DNA from: Azolla caroliniana | Lineage: Eukaryota > Plantae > Polypodiophyta | Direction of reading: 5' to 3' | Assembly: GCA_043228905.1 (NCBI GenBank) | Contig: JBHGNT010000001.1 | Span: forward strand, 27,032,001 to 27,096,000 | DNA: 64,000 bases | In this document: positions 25,501-36,979 of the stretch, piece by piece | How positions within the stretch are numbered: the stretch's first letter is position 1 | How the letters are laid out: every line of letters begins with the position of its first letter | Notes under the pieces: model-generated | What the model was told of the DNA's origin: nothing | Database searches by the model: none | Seen by the model: the letters and a program-made list of their open reading frames with translations, nothing else | Program-made: the position numbers and the translations under genes

Positions 25501-28500
25501 TGTTGACCGGAAGGTGAGGCCAGTCGCGGCACCCTTGGCAGAGGGCAACGAGGAGCGGGTAAAAGGGGTCGGGTCGGACCCAAGTTTACGAATCCGGCTG
25601 GCATAGGGCACTGGTTCACCGACATAACGCTACGGGAGGTCAAGGTCGGTGGGGGTGGCTTCCTACTGCCGGCGGAGGAGGACATGTTTCGGAGAATGCT
25701 CGGAAGGCATGGGAAAGCCTTCGCGTTCTCGCCAGAGGAGATCAGGTGCGTGGACCCAACAATCGTCGAACCGATGGTGATCTTCACAGTACCGCATGTA
25801 CCGTGGAATCTCAAACCGATTCCGGTGCCGAGAGCTCACATCCCGAAGTTGATGGAGCTTCTGAAGCAGAAGGTGGAGATGGGTATCCTCGAACCGTCGA
25901 GTGCCTCGTACTCTAATCGGTGGTTTACGGTGCCGAAGAAGAACGGCACGCTACGCTTCATTCAGGACCTGCAACCGGTCAACAGGGTGACCATCCGTAA
26001 TGCAGGAATCAGACCGACCATAGACGGTCAATCTATTCGGTCGGTGACTTATACTCGGGGTACGACCAGTTCCAGCCGTGGAGAGCAGGGATATCATGAC
26101 GATGTGAACTCCTCTCGGCCTGGTACGAATGTGTACCCTACCACAAGGAGGGACAAATTCGGTGGCGCATATGGTGAACGCAATGAACAAGGTGCTCAGG
26201 GACTGCATCCCGGACATCACCATGCCATTATTGGATGACATCCCGATAAAGGGGTGTCCGGTGGAAGATGCGGACGAGACTGTCGGGACGGACGGATGCC
26301 AGAGGTTCGTCGTGAACCACATCAACGACTGCGAGAAGGTGTTGCAGAGGCTCGAAAACGCACGACTCACCTTTTCCGGAGAAAAATCTGCGTTCAGGTA
26401 GTCGGAGATCCTGGTGGTCAGACACCTATGAGGGCCTTACGGCAGGAAACCGTCTCCAGCAAAGGTAGAGGCCATCTCCGCAATGAGGAACGATTGCGGG
26501 TCGGTTACGGAGGTCCGTAGATTCTTGGGTGCATGCGCGTTCTACCACATCTGGATCCCGCACTACGCACATGTCGCGGAACCCCTCTACAAACTATTGA
26601 AAAAGGGGCATAGCTTTGAGTGGAGGACGGAGCACACAGAGTCGGTACGGAGACTAAAGGAGGCGCTTACGGTAGCACCAGCTTTCCGAAAAGCGGTTTA
26701 TGGCAAGGATGTCCCCATTTGCGTGACGATGGACATGAGCCCGATTGGGATCGGGTGGGTAATCAGTCAGGAGGACAAGGACGACGTACGGTTCCCGATC
26801 CGGTTCGAGGCGAAGGTATTGAGCGAGCGGCAGCGAGGATACACCCAAGTTAAGCGCGAGCTTTGGGATATCGTTTTGGCAGTCAAGGCCGACAAGGACT
26901 ATCTGATCGGGACGGAGGTGATCATCGAGACGGACTGCCTGCCGATACTCAGCATGGTTTCCGGATGCACGACGCCGGACCTAGCAATGCTCCGGTGGAT
27001 AGCGTATGTTAAGTTCCTGAACCCGGAGATATGGCACATATCCGGAAAAGATAACGCCATGGCCGACATGCTTTCGAGAGCGAGGTTCAACGATGAAGAC
27101 GACATGGTTTCAGATGACGAAGAAGTCGGCGAGGACTTCTTATGGTCGGCGAACGTAACGACGAGGAAAGGGGACACTCCGGCGCTTAACGAATTTGACG
27201 AAAGAAGGTACGACGGGGAGTGGCTCCAAATCGGGAGGTTCCTACGGGCGATGACGCCGGATGTAGCGTGGACGAGAGAAGAGGTGAGCCGGGTACGGAA
27301 GAAGGCGTACCAATTCTTCCTACGAGACGGGTGTATATGGAGGCACCCAAAGAAGAAAAATGGCATTCTGCTCCGAGTAGTGGCAAGGAAAGAAGAACAA
27401 GGGGAACTACTAGTGGCATTTCACGAGAGTCCCTGGGCTGGGCACCGCGGAACGTGGGCCACATTCGAGAAGCTGAAGGAGAAGTACTGGTGGCCGGGGC
27501 TGTACCAGGACGTGCATCGGTTTGTAACGACTTGCGAAAGCTGTTAGATGCACTCCGGGTTCGACATCGGGACGAGCTACACCCGACCTACCTGCCTACG
27601 GTCCATTTCAAGTGGGTGGTAGACTTGGTGACGATGCCGATAGGAGTAGGACAGATGCGATACCTGGTTCTTGCGCGAGAAGACTTAACGAACCAGGTGG
27701 AAGGCCGTGCACTGCAGAACAAGACAACCGCGGCGGTATGCCGGTTCCTGATCGAAGAGGTAGTGTGTCGATACGGGTGCGTCGGGAGGATCGTGGTGGA
27801 CCGGGGAGAGCTGGATGCGAGGGAGGCTGAGGAGTTGTTCGACCGGCTAGGGGTCAAACTCTCCCTCACTACGGCATACAATCCGGAGGCGAACGGAAAG
27901 GTAGAACGTGGGCATGGGTCGATCGTAAAGGCGTTGGTGCGTGCATGCGGAGGGCAGGTCGGGAATTGGCCGCGACTCCTTCCTTACGCACTATGGGTGG
28001 ACCGAACTACGCACAGTTCGGTAACAGGGTTTATGCCGACCAAGCTGATGTATGGACAGAAGCCGATCATGCCGGTGGAACGGACGGTTTCTTCGTGGGC
28101 GGCGGTAGATTGGAAGGACAAGATGAGTCGGGAGGAGTTGTTGGCGGCGCAGATTCGGCAACTCGAGCGGAGGCCGGAGGACATGAAACGGGCAAAGGAG
28201 AAGCAGCGGGCGGCAAGGGAACGGAACAAGACCCGGTTCAACTAGACGCACCGGTTGCGACCAAAGAAAATCGAGGAAGGCGATTGGGTTTTGGTGTACG
28301 ACAACAACCTCGACAATCAGCACAAGGCGTTGCAAAAGTTCGCGAGGAGATGGTTCGGGCCCTACACGGTGACGAGCGCGAACGACAACGGCACGTACCA
28401 CCTCGCGGAACTTGACGGGACACGACTAGCAGTACCGGTGGCCGGGAAGCGGATCAAAGCGTACAAGAAGCGGTTCAAGGATGAGCCGGACCCAGAGGGC

Positions 28501-29301
28501 GCGGACGAGAGCGACGACGACGATCAGTTCAGGCCCGGCAAAGAATCGGAGAGCGCCGACTGAAGCCGGTTTTCTTCGGTATCAACCCGTCTCTAGTGCA
28601 AGCCGGTGGATGTGCGGTTTGATGGGGGCGGATGTCGTGAAGAAAACCGGCCATAGGCGGATTCGGGAAAAAAGGCGCATGAACCGGCTCTTACATGGAT
28701 GGACGCCTGACGTGATATTTTGATATTGATTCATAAATAGATCAACTGATGTAAATACTAAGTAGTGCACATTTATTAGGAGGAATTGTGCGTATCTCTG
28801 TCAGAAGGGACAGGGAATAAAGCGATTTGACTAGGGAAAAGGGCACCCTTTTTTTTGGGAACTATTTAAGGAGAGGAGAGAAGGAAGACCAAATATCGCG
28901 CGTTGGCAAAGACGAAGTGGGGCGGCAGAACCGAGTGCCGAGCACTCTCTTCTCCTCCTCCGGTCGTCGGTCTCTATGGGTGTCGAGAGTTCGCTGCCTC
29001 TACTTCATTGACAGCCCGTGTGCTTCAAGCAGAGGCTCTCCCCCTTTTGGTTCCTGGAGTTGTGTGTCAGTCCTCTGTGTGCGTGAGTAGGACCCGATGT
29101 CGGGCCCATCACCGGGTCGCCGGTTGTAACTGTTCGAGTTGTAAGCTATTGATTTTAGTAACTGGTTCTTGTTTTCTTGCTCTTAACTCTTCTCTGTGTA
29201 TCTCCCTCTCTCCCTCTCTCTCCCTCTCCATCTCTCTCTCCTTGGTCCAAGACCCCCGTGGTCCCGCCTCTTTCTACACGCACGCGCGTAGCAACGTGGC
29301 A
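22522..29301 (+). mobile_element. Ty3/Gypsy element G1 (no chromodomain) nested in C2 gag
   Basis: LTRs 22522-23204 and 28633-29301 (TGTCG...CA); PPT gatgggggcgga at 28621-28632; 4-bp TSD CCGT/CCGC; domain order gag-PR-RT-RH-INT. Confidence 0.92.
23291..28563 (+). pseudogene. G1 gag-pol, disrupted by stops and frameshifts
   Basis: Zinc knuckle CMWCDVIGHIWKDC; PR ALVGHGSE (catalytic D lost); RT WFTVPKKNGTLRFIQDLQPVN, LPQG, LLDD; RH IETDC, NAMADMLSR; INT H..GH...CESC, YNPEANGKVERGH, WFGPY. Confidence 0.9.
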
Positions 29302-31690
29302 CCGCCCGAAAGATTCAACTCCGACAAGAGTTGAACAACATTCGGCAAAAAGACATGTTCGTGTCGGACTACACCGCCAAGATCAAGAGCATTTCCAACT
29401 CGCTTGACTCCATCAAAATAAACGTCGACGAAGACGAGATGGTTCAAGTATGCTTGGACGGCCTCTCACAACGATTCGACTCGTTGAGGACGGCAATCTT
29501 GGCGAGGGAAAACCCTCCCTCGTTCTTCGACCTTCAATCAATGCTAATGGTTGAAGAGAACCACGTCCAAACCAAAACCAAGACATCGGAAGGACAAATG
29601 TTCTTCTCGAATTCGGATGGTGGCCGAGGACGAGGTTACAACGGTAAAAGAGGTCAATTTGACCCATCACACGAAGGGAAATCAAACCTTCACGGAAGCC
29701 ATTGAGGAACCTTCGTAAGAACGGGGAGCTTCCACGCCGAACATGGTCGGCAAACGAGGCCCACAACTTGCAATTATTGCGGCAAAGTCGGCCACTACAA
29801 GGCGGAGTGTCAGAAAAAGAGAAGTGAGTCGGCTTCAACAAGTCGACAACTCACAAACTACACATCGAATTCCACCTATGACGATCATAGTGAAATTTTT
29901 ACAAATTACGCCCCAAATTCCGACTACGGCGACCGTGGCGGAATGTTCGTAATGAGGCATAGAGCGAACTCTATGATGGCCTCCAACTCGGAAGACGTGT
30001 AGTTCGTCAATTCCAGCGTCTCACATCACATGACATCTCACGAAGAGTGGTTTCGTGATTTACGAACACCTGATCGACCCGGCTTCATAGAGACCGGAGA
30101 CGACACCACACACCCCATACGGCACATTGGCAATGTCCCATTTGGGAAAGAAGGTGAGCAAACTTGCATCAAGAATGTCTTGCACGTGCCCACATTAACA
30201 AAGAATTTGGTCTCGGTCAGCCAAATCGTGGAGCAAGGCATGCAAGTCCACTTCAACAACGAAGGTTGTTTCATTGAGAAAGGGGTGGACTCATAGCAAA
30301 GGGGCGGAGAGACAGCCGAATGTTCATCCTTGATTCGAACGAGGTGAAATTGGCAATGTACGCCAAAGGTCTCAAAATCGAGACAAGCATCGAGTTGTGG
30401 CAAAAGAGAATCGGCCAGATAAACCTCCAACGGCTTCGAAGCGTGTCAACTTGGCTAACAACATCGATTCCCATTCCCGAAGGAGAGCTCCGCAAGCGAA
30501 GGCCTCCTCGAAATCATACACTCGGATGTATGGGGATTGGCTCAAATGCCGACGATCGGCGGATGCCGATACTATGTAACCTTCATCGATGACTACTCGC
30601 GCTACATGTGGATCTACCTGATGAAGAAGAAGAGCGAAGTGTTCTCCCACTTCCAAAAGCTCAAGGGGCAAGTCAAAAAAGAAACCGGTCGGCACATTTG
30701 ATGCCTACGATCGGATGGAGGCAAGGAGTACTTCTCCGATGAGTTCACCTCCTACCTCCAAAGTGAAGGCATTCGGAGAGAATTCTCGTGCTGACACACA
30801 CCCCAACAAAATGGAGTCGCCAAAAGGAAAAATCGGCAAATACTCGAGGTAGCACGCGCCATGATGCATGAGAAGCACATGCCGAACTTCTATTGGGCCG
30901 AAGCGGCATCCACGGCCGTCTATCTCATGAACCGGTGCACCACCAATGGAGTGCATGAGCTAACTCCATACGAGCTCCTCATCAGAAGGAAGTTGATCTT
31001 GTCACACCTCATGGTGTTCGAAAGCATTGCGAATGTACGCATCCCGAACGAACAACGACAGAAGCCCAACACGAAGTCGGAGGAATGTATCCTCATAGGA
31101 TACTCATCCAAGAAGAAGGTATACAAGTGCTACAACCCTTCTACCCGAGCGGTTCGAGTAAGTCGAGACGTAGTCTTCGACGAGTCCGCATCCTGGTACG
31201 CACTAGAGACAACTACGACTCCGACTCCGCTCGACCCAGAATCCGCCGAACAAGAGGTAGAAGATGGAGATCGCTTCGAACACATGTTCGAAGAAAGTCC
31301 GATTACGGCAAGGCCTAGTGGGCCACAAGAGCCTCCAAGCGACCCAAGCACGTCGCAGCCAAGTACGAACTTGGACAAAGGGAAAGGTAAGATGCCCGAA
31401 TACGAAGTCGACCACCCCGACGACAATGATTTGGATGGATCGACTCCCTCACTAGACAATGAGTTCGGTGTACCTATCATGCAGATACCCGGAGTAAAGA
31501 AGGCACTCACATCGGTGAGCGAAAAACTTCGACGCTCATCTAGAGCCAAGAACCCCGTCACTCGACACGGCTACAACGAGTACATGGCCCATCACTATGC
31601 CTTTGCAATTAAGGTAGTGGTCGAACAAGAGCCCAAGAGCTCCACCGAAGCGGCGCGTAACCCATGATGGGTGGAAGTAGTCGACCTTCG
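29302..31690 (+). pseudogene. C2 gag C-terminus, protease and integrase; RT/RH absent
   Basis: CNYCGKVGHYKAEC knuckle, SHHMTSHEEWF, KNLVSVSQI, FIDDY, FYWAEAASTAVY. Sequence passes to the 3' UTR right after EPKSSTEAARNP. Confidence 0.88.
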
Positions 31691-32181
31691 CCCACACACT
31701 ACAAGCCTTCGTCACCGGCTTGAGGGGGAGGAACCGAGATTGCCACGGCAAGGAAAGTCGAAGGCCAGACGGAAGCCGCACAAAAGCCGACATCGGAAGC
31801 CGGACAACGCCGAAAACAACGACGGATGTCGGACGCCTCACACTTGAGCTTGAGGGGGCGTGTTGAGAGATCAAGCTCAACTTAGTTTAGTTAGTTAGTC
31901 AACTATGTAACTTCGTAGTTACCTCGATAGAATCTAGTTAGAAGTGTTGACTATAACGCCTTAAATATGACCTTGTACTTAAGTGGGATATTCTAGATCC
32001 TCCACTCCTAAGTACATTTAATATAGGACTTACACCTTAGTACCTATATTCTACTCACACATGTGTACCTTTGCACATGAGATGTATATATACCTCATTG
32101 TGGGTATTTTTGTATTTGATGATGATGATAATGCTAATTTAACATAATTACTCATCCCCCATCTTGTGTTGTTCATAAGTG

Positions 32182-32240
<59 letters not shown>

Positions 32241-32243
<3 letters not shown>

Positions 32244-33667
32244 TGAAAACACACAATTATATTAATAAATGTGTGTGAAAAACACTACTTACAATACGTG
32301 TGACAATGGAGTATGGTCACACACTAACCACACTACACTACATGGGTAGTGGAACATGCTGAATTGCCAATAGGCAAGACGAACACTCCACCAAGGAAAT
32401 AATTTCCACTTGTTCCAATAAAGAAAATTGCCACATTAGTACTCCCTTCAACTTTCATAGATATGCTTTCACTCCATGTCTACCATCGAATACGAAAGTG
32501 TTGCGCATGTTCCAATTATGACGCAATCCCCAATATCTCATAAATAGGAAAACAATCTCCATCTCTGATTTTGGGTCAGCATGTGTAAATTGTGCAAACA
32601 CCCATTGTCTAGGTGTCAAATAACTCCGTGATAAAACTTGCCAAATTTGAGAAATGTAACTCCAAATTTGGCAAGCAATTGGACATTGTATAAATCGATG
32701 AGTACTATCTTCTATCTGAACTGTGCAAAAGAAGCAGGTACCTGTTGCTAGTCCACGACGCTTTAAAGCTAATCCCAAAGGCAATCCTCCGATCAAAACT
32801 CTCCAAATGAATACCTTTGCAACAAGTGGCAATTTAGAATGCCAACTACGTTGTAAGATCTGCCACCACCCATGATCATATTTGTGTATTTTCCATTCTT
32901 CTTCAGCCTTAGATGATAACCATCCAAGAGACTCAACGGAACAATGATACAAAAGATTAGTAGTCACTTGTAACAATGGTGTTTGACCCCTTAAACTCCA
33001 ATCAATCCATGGTTGTTCTCCTGTTTGTAGAGGTAAGGGACCTTGCATCAATGCAATATTCTGTAGTTGTTGCCAAATAAACCCATAATTAGGCGGGATG
33101 CGTAATAATTGTCGTGCTTCAGTAAACTCCAAAATTCTTTGACATGGAACCTCAACTATATCTCCCACCTCTTTGACCCCCAAACGAAACAAACGATTAA
33201 ATTGAGAATGCAATCTCTCCTTTCCTGGCACCACATATCCTTGCCATCCTAAAACTACATCCACCTCATCCTCAGTGAAATCCGCATCCAATTCATGACT
33301 AATGAGATCATGCACAATACATCCAACCACATCATAAAACTCATGACGTGCTCTACTCACCTCATCTGTCATTAACAATTGTGGACCAATCAACTCTAAA
33401 AAGTAATGAAGACATATGTCAATTATTGTTGTAGGATCCACTATCAATTCATCCCCTTGCTTCACATGTACCACATTAGATCAAGCATAAGTAGGATGTA
33501 ATGCTTGGAAAAACAAATGAGATTGACATTGATTATCAATGAGTCCTTCCCTGAGTTGTCGCATCTTAGCATAACGATAACTTTGGCATTGCAACTGAGA
33601 AATAATAACATGCAATTGACTCTGAATATCCAAAAGCTCCTCATATAATGGTGTATGTATCAATAAT

Positions 33668-33670
<3 letters not shown>
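32241..33670 (-). mobile_element. Truncated, RT-deleted L1-type LINE in the (CT)n tract of the C2 3' LTR
   Basis: ORF 33474-32455 has an EN-RT linker fused to the C-terminal zf-RVT-like region (KVFIWR...CFFC...EDSTHRFIQC). (CT)n on both sides. Confidence 0.85.
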
Positions 33671-33742
<72 letters not shown>

Positions 33743-33745
<3 letters not shown>

Positions 33746-35082
33746 GTAAATAATGGCTTTCATTACGAAAGAAAAAACACCACCATGAGTAACTTACAAC
33801 AAACTATAGAACCCCTTCTATCTAGGGATCTAAAGAAAACTACGACACTAAACTCAATGCCGCCCTACACACCAATTCAAATGGCGAATATGATGATATG
33901 TGACCTTGCAGAGTTCTCTCTCTTCTTGGTTGAGATTTTGTGACTTCTCTAGCATTGTCAATTGCCACAAAAGAAGTCCTTTTAACTTAAGAACATATTT
34001 TCTCACCCCAACTTGCGAATAAAAAATGAAGGCATTCCGCATATTCCAATTGAACCATAGCCCCCAATACCTCAAGAACTCAAAAATAATTTGAAAATGA
34101 GGCATCGGTTCATTGTTCTCCATATGTGCAAAAACCCAACTGAAGGAAGATAGACTTACTCCTGTTAGAGACATCCACACTAAACTGATACACCTCCAAA
34201 CCATCCTTGCCATCGGGCATGAAATAAATCGATGCCTACTATGTTCTAATTCCACTGAACAAAAGAAACACAATCCTTTAGTAATGTTTCTTCTTTTTAA
34301 TGCATCCCCTAATGGTAAAGCTCCAACCATAACTCTCCAAATAAATACCTTGGCTCGTAGCATCAATCGAGAACACCAACCTGCCTTGATCACATGAAAC
34401 CACCAAGTAATGGGCTTATGAAAACCCCATATCTTTATAACCCTTTCTTCCAACCACTTATGTTTGTCAATCAACTTGTGATAAGCAACATTCATTGAGA
34501 TCATAGTCAATCTCTTATTTCCAACAAACCTCCAATCAAGCTCTTGAGATAGCCCATCTAAATTAGGAATTGGCTCATGCGAAGATAGTATTTGTTGCAA
34601 CTTATCCCAAATAAAGTTATAACCTTTTGGAATACGAAATGTTGATCTTATTGTTCGAAAAGCCATTAATCTTCTTTGTGAAACCAACATAGCATCCTTA
34701 ACTCTTACCAAACCCAATCTAGCCATCCGATTAAATTGAAGGTTAAGAATTTGTTTACCTTCCCACCTCAACAACCTTGATGTTGCCAAAACCTCCATTT
34801 GTAATGAATTGGCACATCCCCTTTCTTGTGGGGGATGCCATTCCACAAAATCCAACATACTTTGCCAAGATGTCAACAAATGATTAACTATCATAGACCC
34901 TGTACATTTGACATCCCTGTCAGAATTAATTACATTCCACCAATTCGCTTCAACCTTTATGTTTCCAAGCTTTATTCCGTTCTTCTCTATAAAGTAAAGT
35001 ATGCCACCATTTCTATCCAAGGTTGTACACCTTCAAACATGAATCGAATGAAAGTAAATCGACGAGCCACCATATGCTCATT
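33743..35082 (-). mobile_element. 5'-truncated L1-type LINE (second family) in the same (CT)n tract
   Basis: ORF 35020-33854 with KVFIWR...CFFCSVELEHSRHRFISC. (CT)n at 33671-33742 and from 35083. Confidence 0.85.
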
Positions 35083-35345
35083 TCTCTCTCTCTCTCTCCC
35101 TCTCACACACATACACACACATATCACATAATCTTCCGCTTATCAACTAATCGCATAATTAGGTACTAATTAACCCTTAATTACTTACCTAATTTTTAAC
35201 AGTTCATAAGTGTAACTTCCTCTCTCTCTCTCTCTTCCTCTTACACACATATCACATAATCTTCCGCGACTTAATCACATACGTGATTAACTATTCACAT
35301 AATTAGATACTAATTAACCCTTAGTTAATTACCTAATTATTAACA

Positions 35346-35808
35346 AAAGTATATTTGTAAATCTTGATACCTTCTCAAGTTTGAAAGGGACATAGATAAA
35401 AGATAGGTAATAATTATGAAGGTGAAACGATAAATCTTTTGTCAAGGTTCTTCCATAATGCTAATTAAAATCCTCTCTATCTCTCTCTCCTTAATCATTT
35501 TCTTAATTATAAGCATAAACCTAATCATTATAAACAAACCAATGGAAGTTTAAACAATAAAAGTATATAAACGTATTGCATTGTATTGGGGTATATACTA
35601 TATAGTATAAAGTATTTTTGTAAACCTTGATATCTTCTCAAAGGGACATAGATAAAATATGTATAGATAAGAACTATAAAGTTGAAAATATAAACCTTTG
35701 ACAAGGTTCTTCCTCATTTACAATCCCCATGTAGTACTTAAAGGTAATTATGCCCCTCTTTGTCTTTCCTTAATAATTTTCCTAATTATAAGCATAAACC
35801 TAATCATG
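35346..35808. repeat. Degenerate ~260-bp tandem duplication; C1 is inserted at the start of the first unit
   Basis: aaagtat.tttgtaaa.cttgata.cttctcaa...gggacatagataaaa...caaggttcttcc...aattataagcataaacctaatcat occurs twice (35346 and ~35609). Confidence 0.7.
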
Positions 35809-36191
35809 GTAATTCATTAATATTATAATTATTTTTTTTAAAAACAATGGAAGCTAATTTAGTTGATGATTTTCTTGTCTCTTGTCTCTTCTATCACGTG
35901 CTTGGAAACGTAATAAAGTACGTTCGTGGTTATGCGTTAAGGTATTGTTTATGTAAGTGATTAAGTCATAGAGTAACTTAGAGTTTCCATTATTAATTAG
36001 CCTACACATTAATAACTCGAGTTATCGACACCCACTTGTTCATTTTGGCAACAAGAGTGTAGATGGTGGTACATTAGGCTCACATCATGAATTCGAGGTG
36101 GTTCTCAAGAAGAACACCCAAGTAAGTTGTAAGTTTTGAGATGGGAATCAAAAGACTCTACACACACATATATTATTGTCATTGTTCCGCG

Positions 36192-36476
36192 CATAGTATG
36201 AACCATACACACCATACGTGCATTCGCATTCATGAATGTTTCAATCATTCGCGTAAGAAAAACACCCTCAACGAATGATAAATACCATACTTTTGGATTA
36301 ACTATTTATTATAAGATAAATAAGCCTAAAAATGAAAAACAAAACGTAAAAAAACATTTAAAAAATGGGAAAAAAACAAAAAAAAAACACAAGAATGTTT
36401 GAATAACATTCGCATTCGTTTTCCAACGTTGGAAAACGAATGTTATGCTAGACGAACACGAATTTTAGGTACTATG
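36192..36476 (-). mobile_element. hAT-type MITE, copy 2 (inverted)
   Basis: Same TIRs as copy 1; TSD GTTCCGCG/GTTCCGCA. Confidence 0.9.
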
Positions 36477-36979
36477 GTTCCGCATATGCAAATTTATTTA
36501 AAAGGCCATTTAAAAAAACATATTTGAAATCCATTTGGTAAACTTTCCAATTTTGACTAATTAATTGCATGTGACTAAGATGAAAATATTTCTTTGTAAT
36601 CTAAACCTTACGTTTGTGCACGCAATAAGCAGAACCCTTTGGAGCAATTTTGACTATATATTGATCAATAATATCATCAAATTAAATAGGTGTGAGCAAA
36701 CAATATAATAACATGAACCCCGAAGCGATGGCGAGGAGCAGGAGCACGGTGAGGAGCGAGCGCGTTGGCTAGCTGTGAGCCACTATCCAAGTTTGCGCGC
36801 AACGGCTGTCGCCAGAGGGTGTTTTGGCCGCTCGTCAGTGGCTTTTCTGCTTTGTGGTGCTGTCAGGGTTAAAACCGGAGGGAGAGGGCAGCGATGGCGG
36901 GATGTGGGTTTAGGGTTGCAAAGTCGGCCTCCAAAGCAGACGATTGAGACAAAGCTACTCTCCTTCTTAAGCGCTAGGT

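Larger units (their letters stand above)
16349..35201 (+). mobile_element. Ty1/Copia element C2 nested in the C1 3' LTR
   Basis: TGTTG...TAACA termini; TSD GTTCA at 16344-16348 and 35202-35206; LTRs 16349-22043 and 31861-35201, both interrupted; PBS TGGTATCAGAG at 22044; PPT tgagggggcg before 31861. Confidence 0.92.
12606..35345 (+). mobile_element. Ty1/Copia element C1 (outer, internally deleted)
   Basis: TGTTG...TAACA termini; 5-bp TSD AAAGT at 12601-12605 and 35346-35350; PBS; domain order gag, integrase, RT/RH remnants. Confidence 0.92.

Noticed and set aside
23272-29841. Many overlapping and antisense ORFs inside G1
   Set aside because: Expected in GC-rich retroelement sequence; only the gag-pol frames carry motifs.
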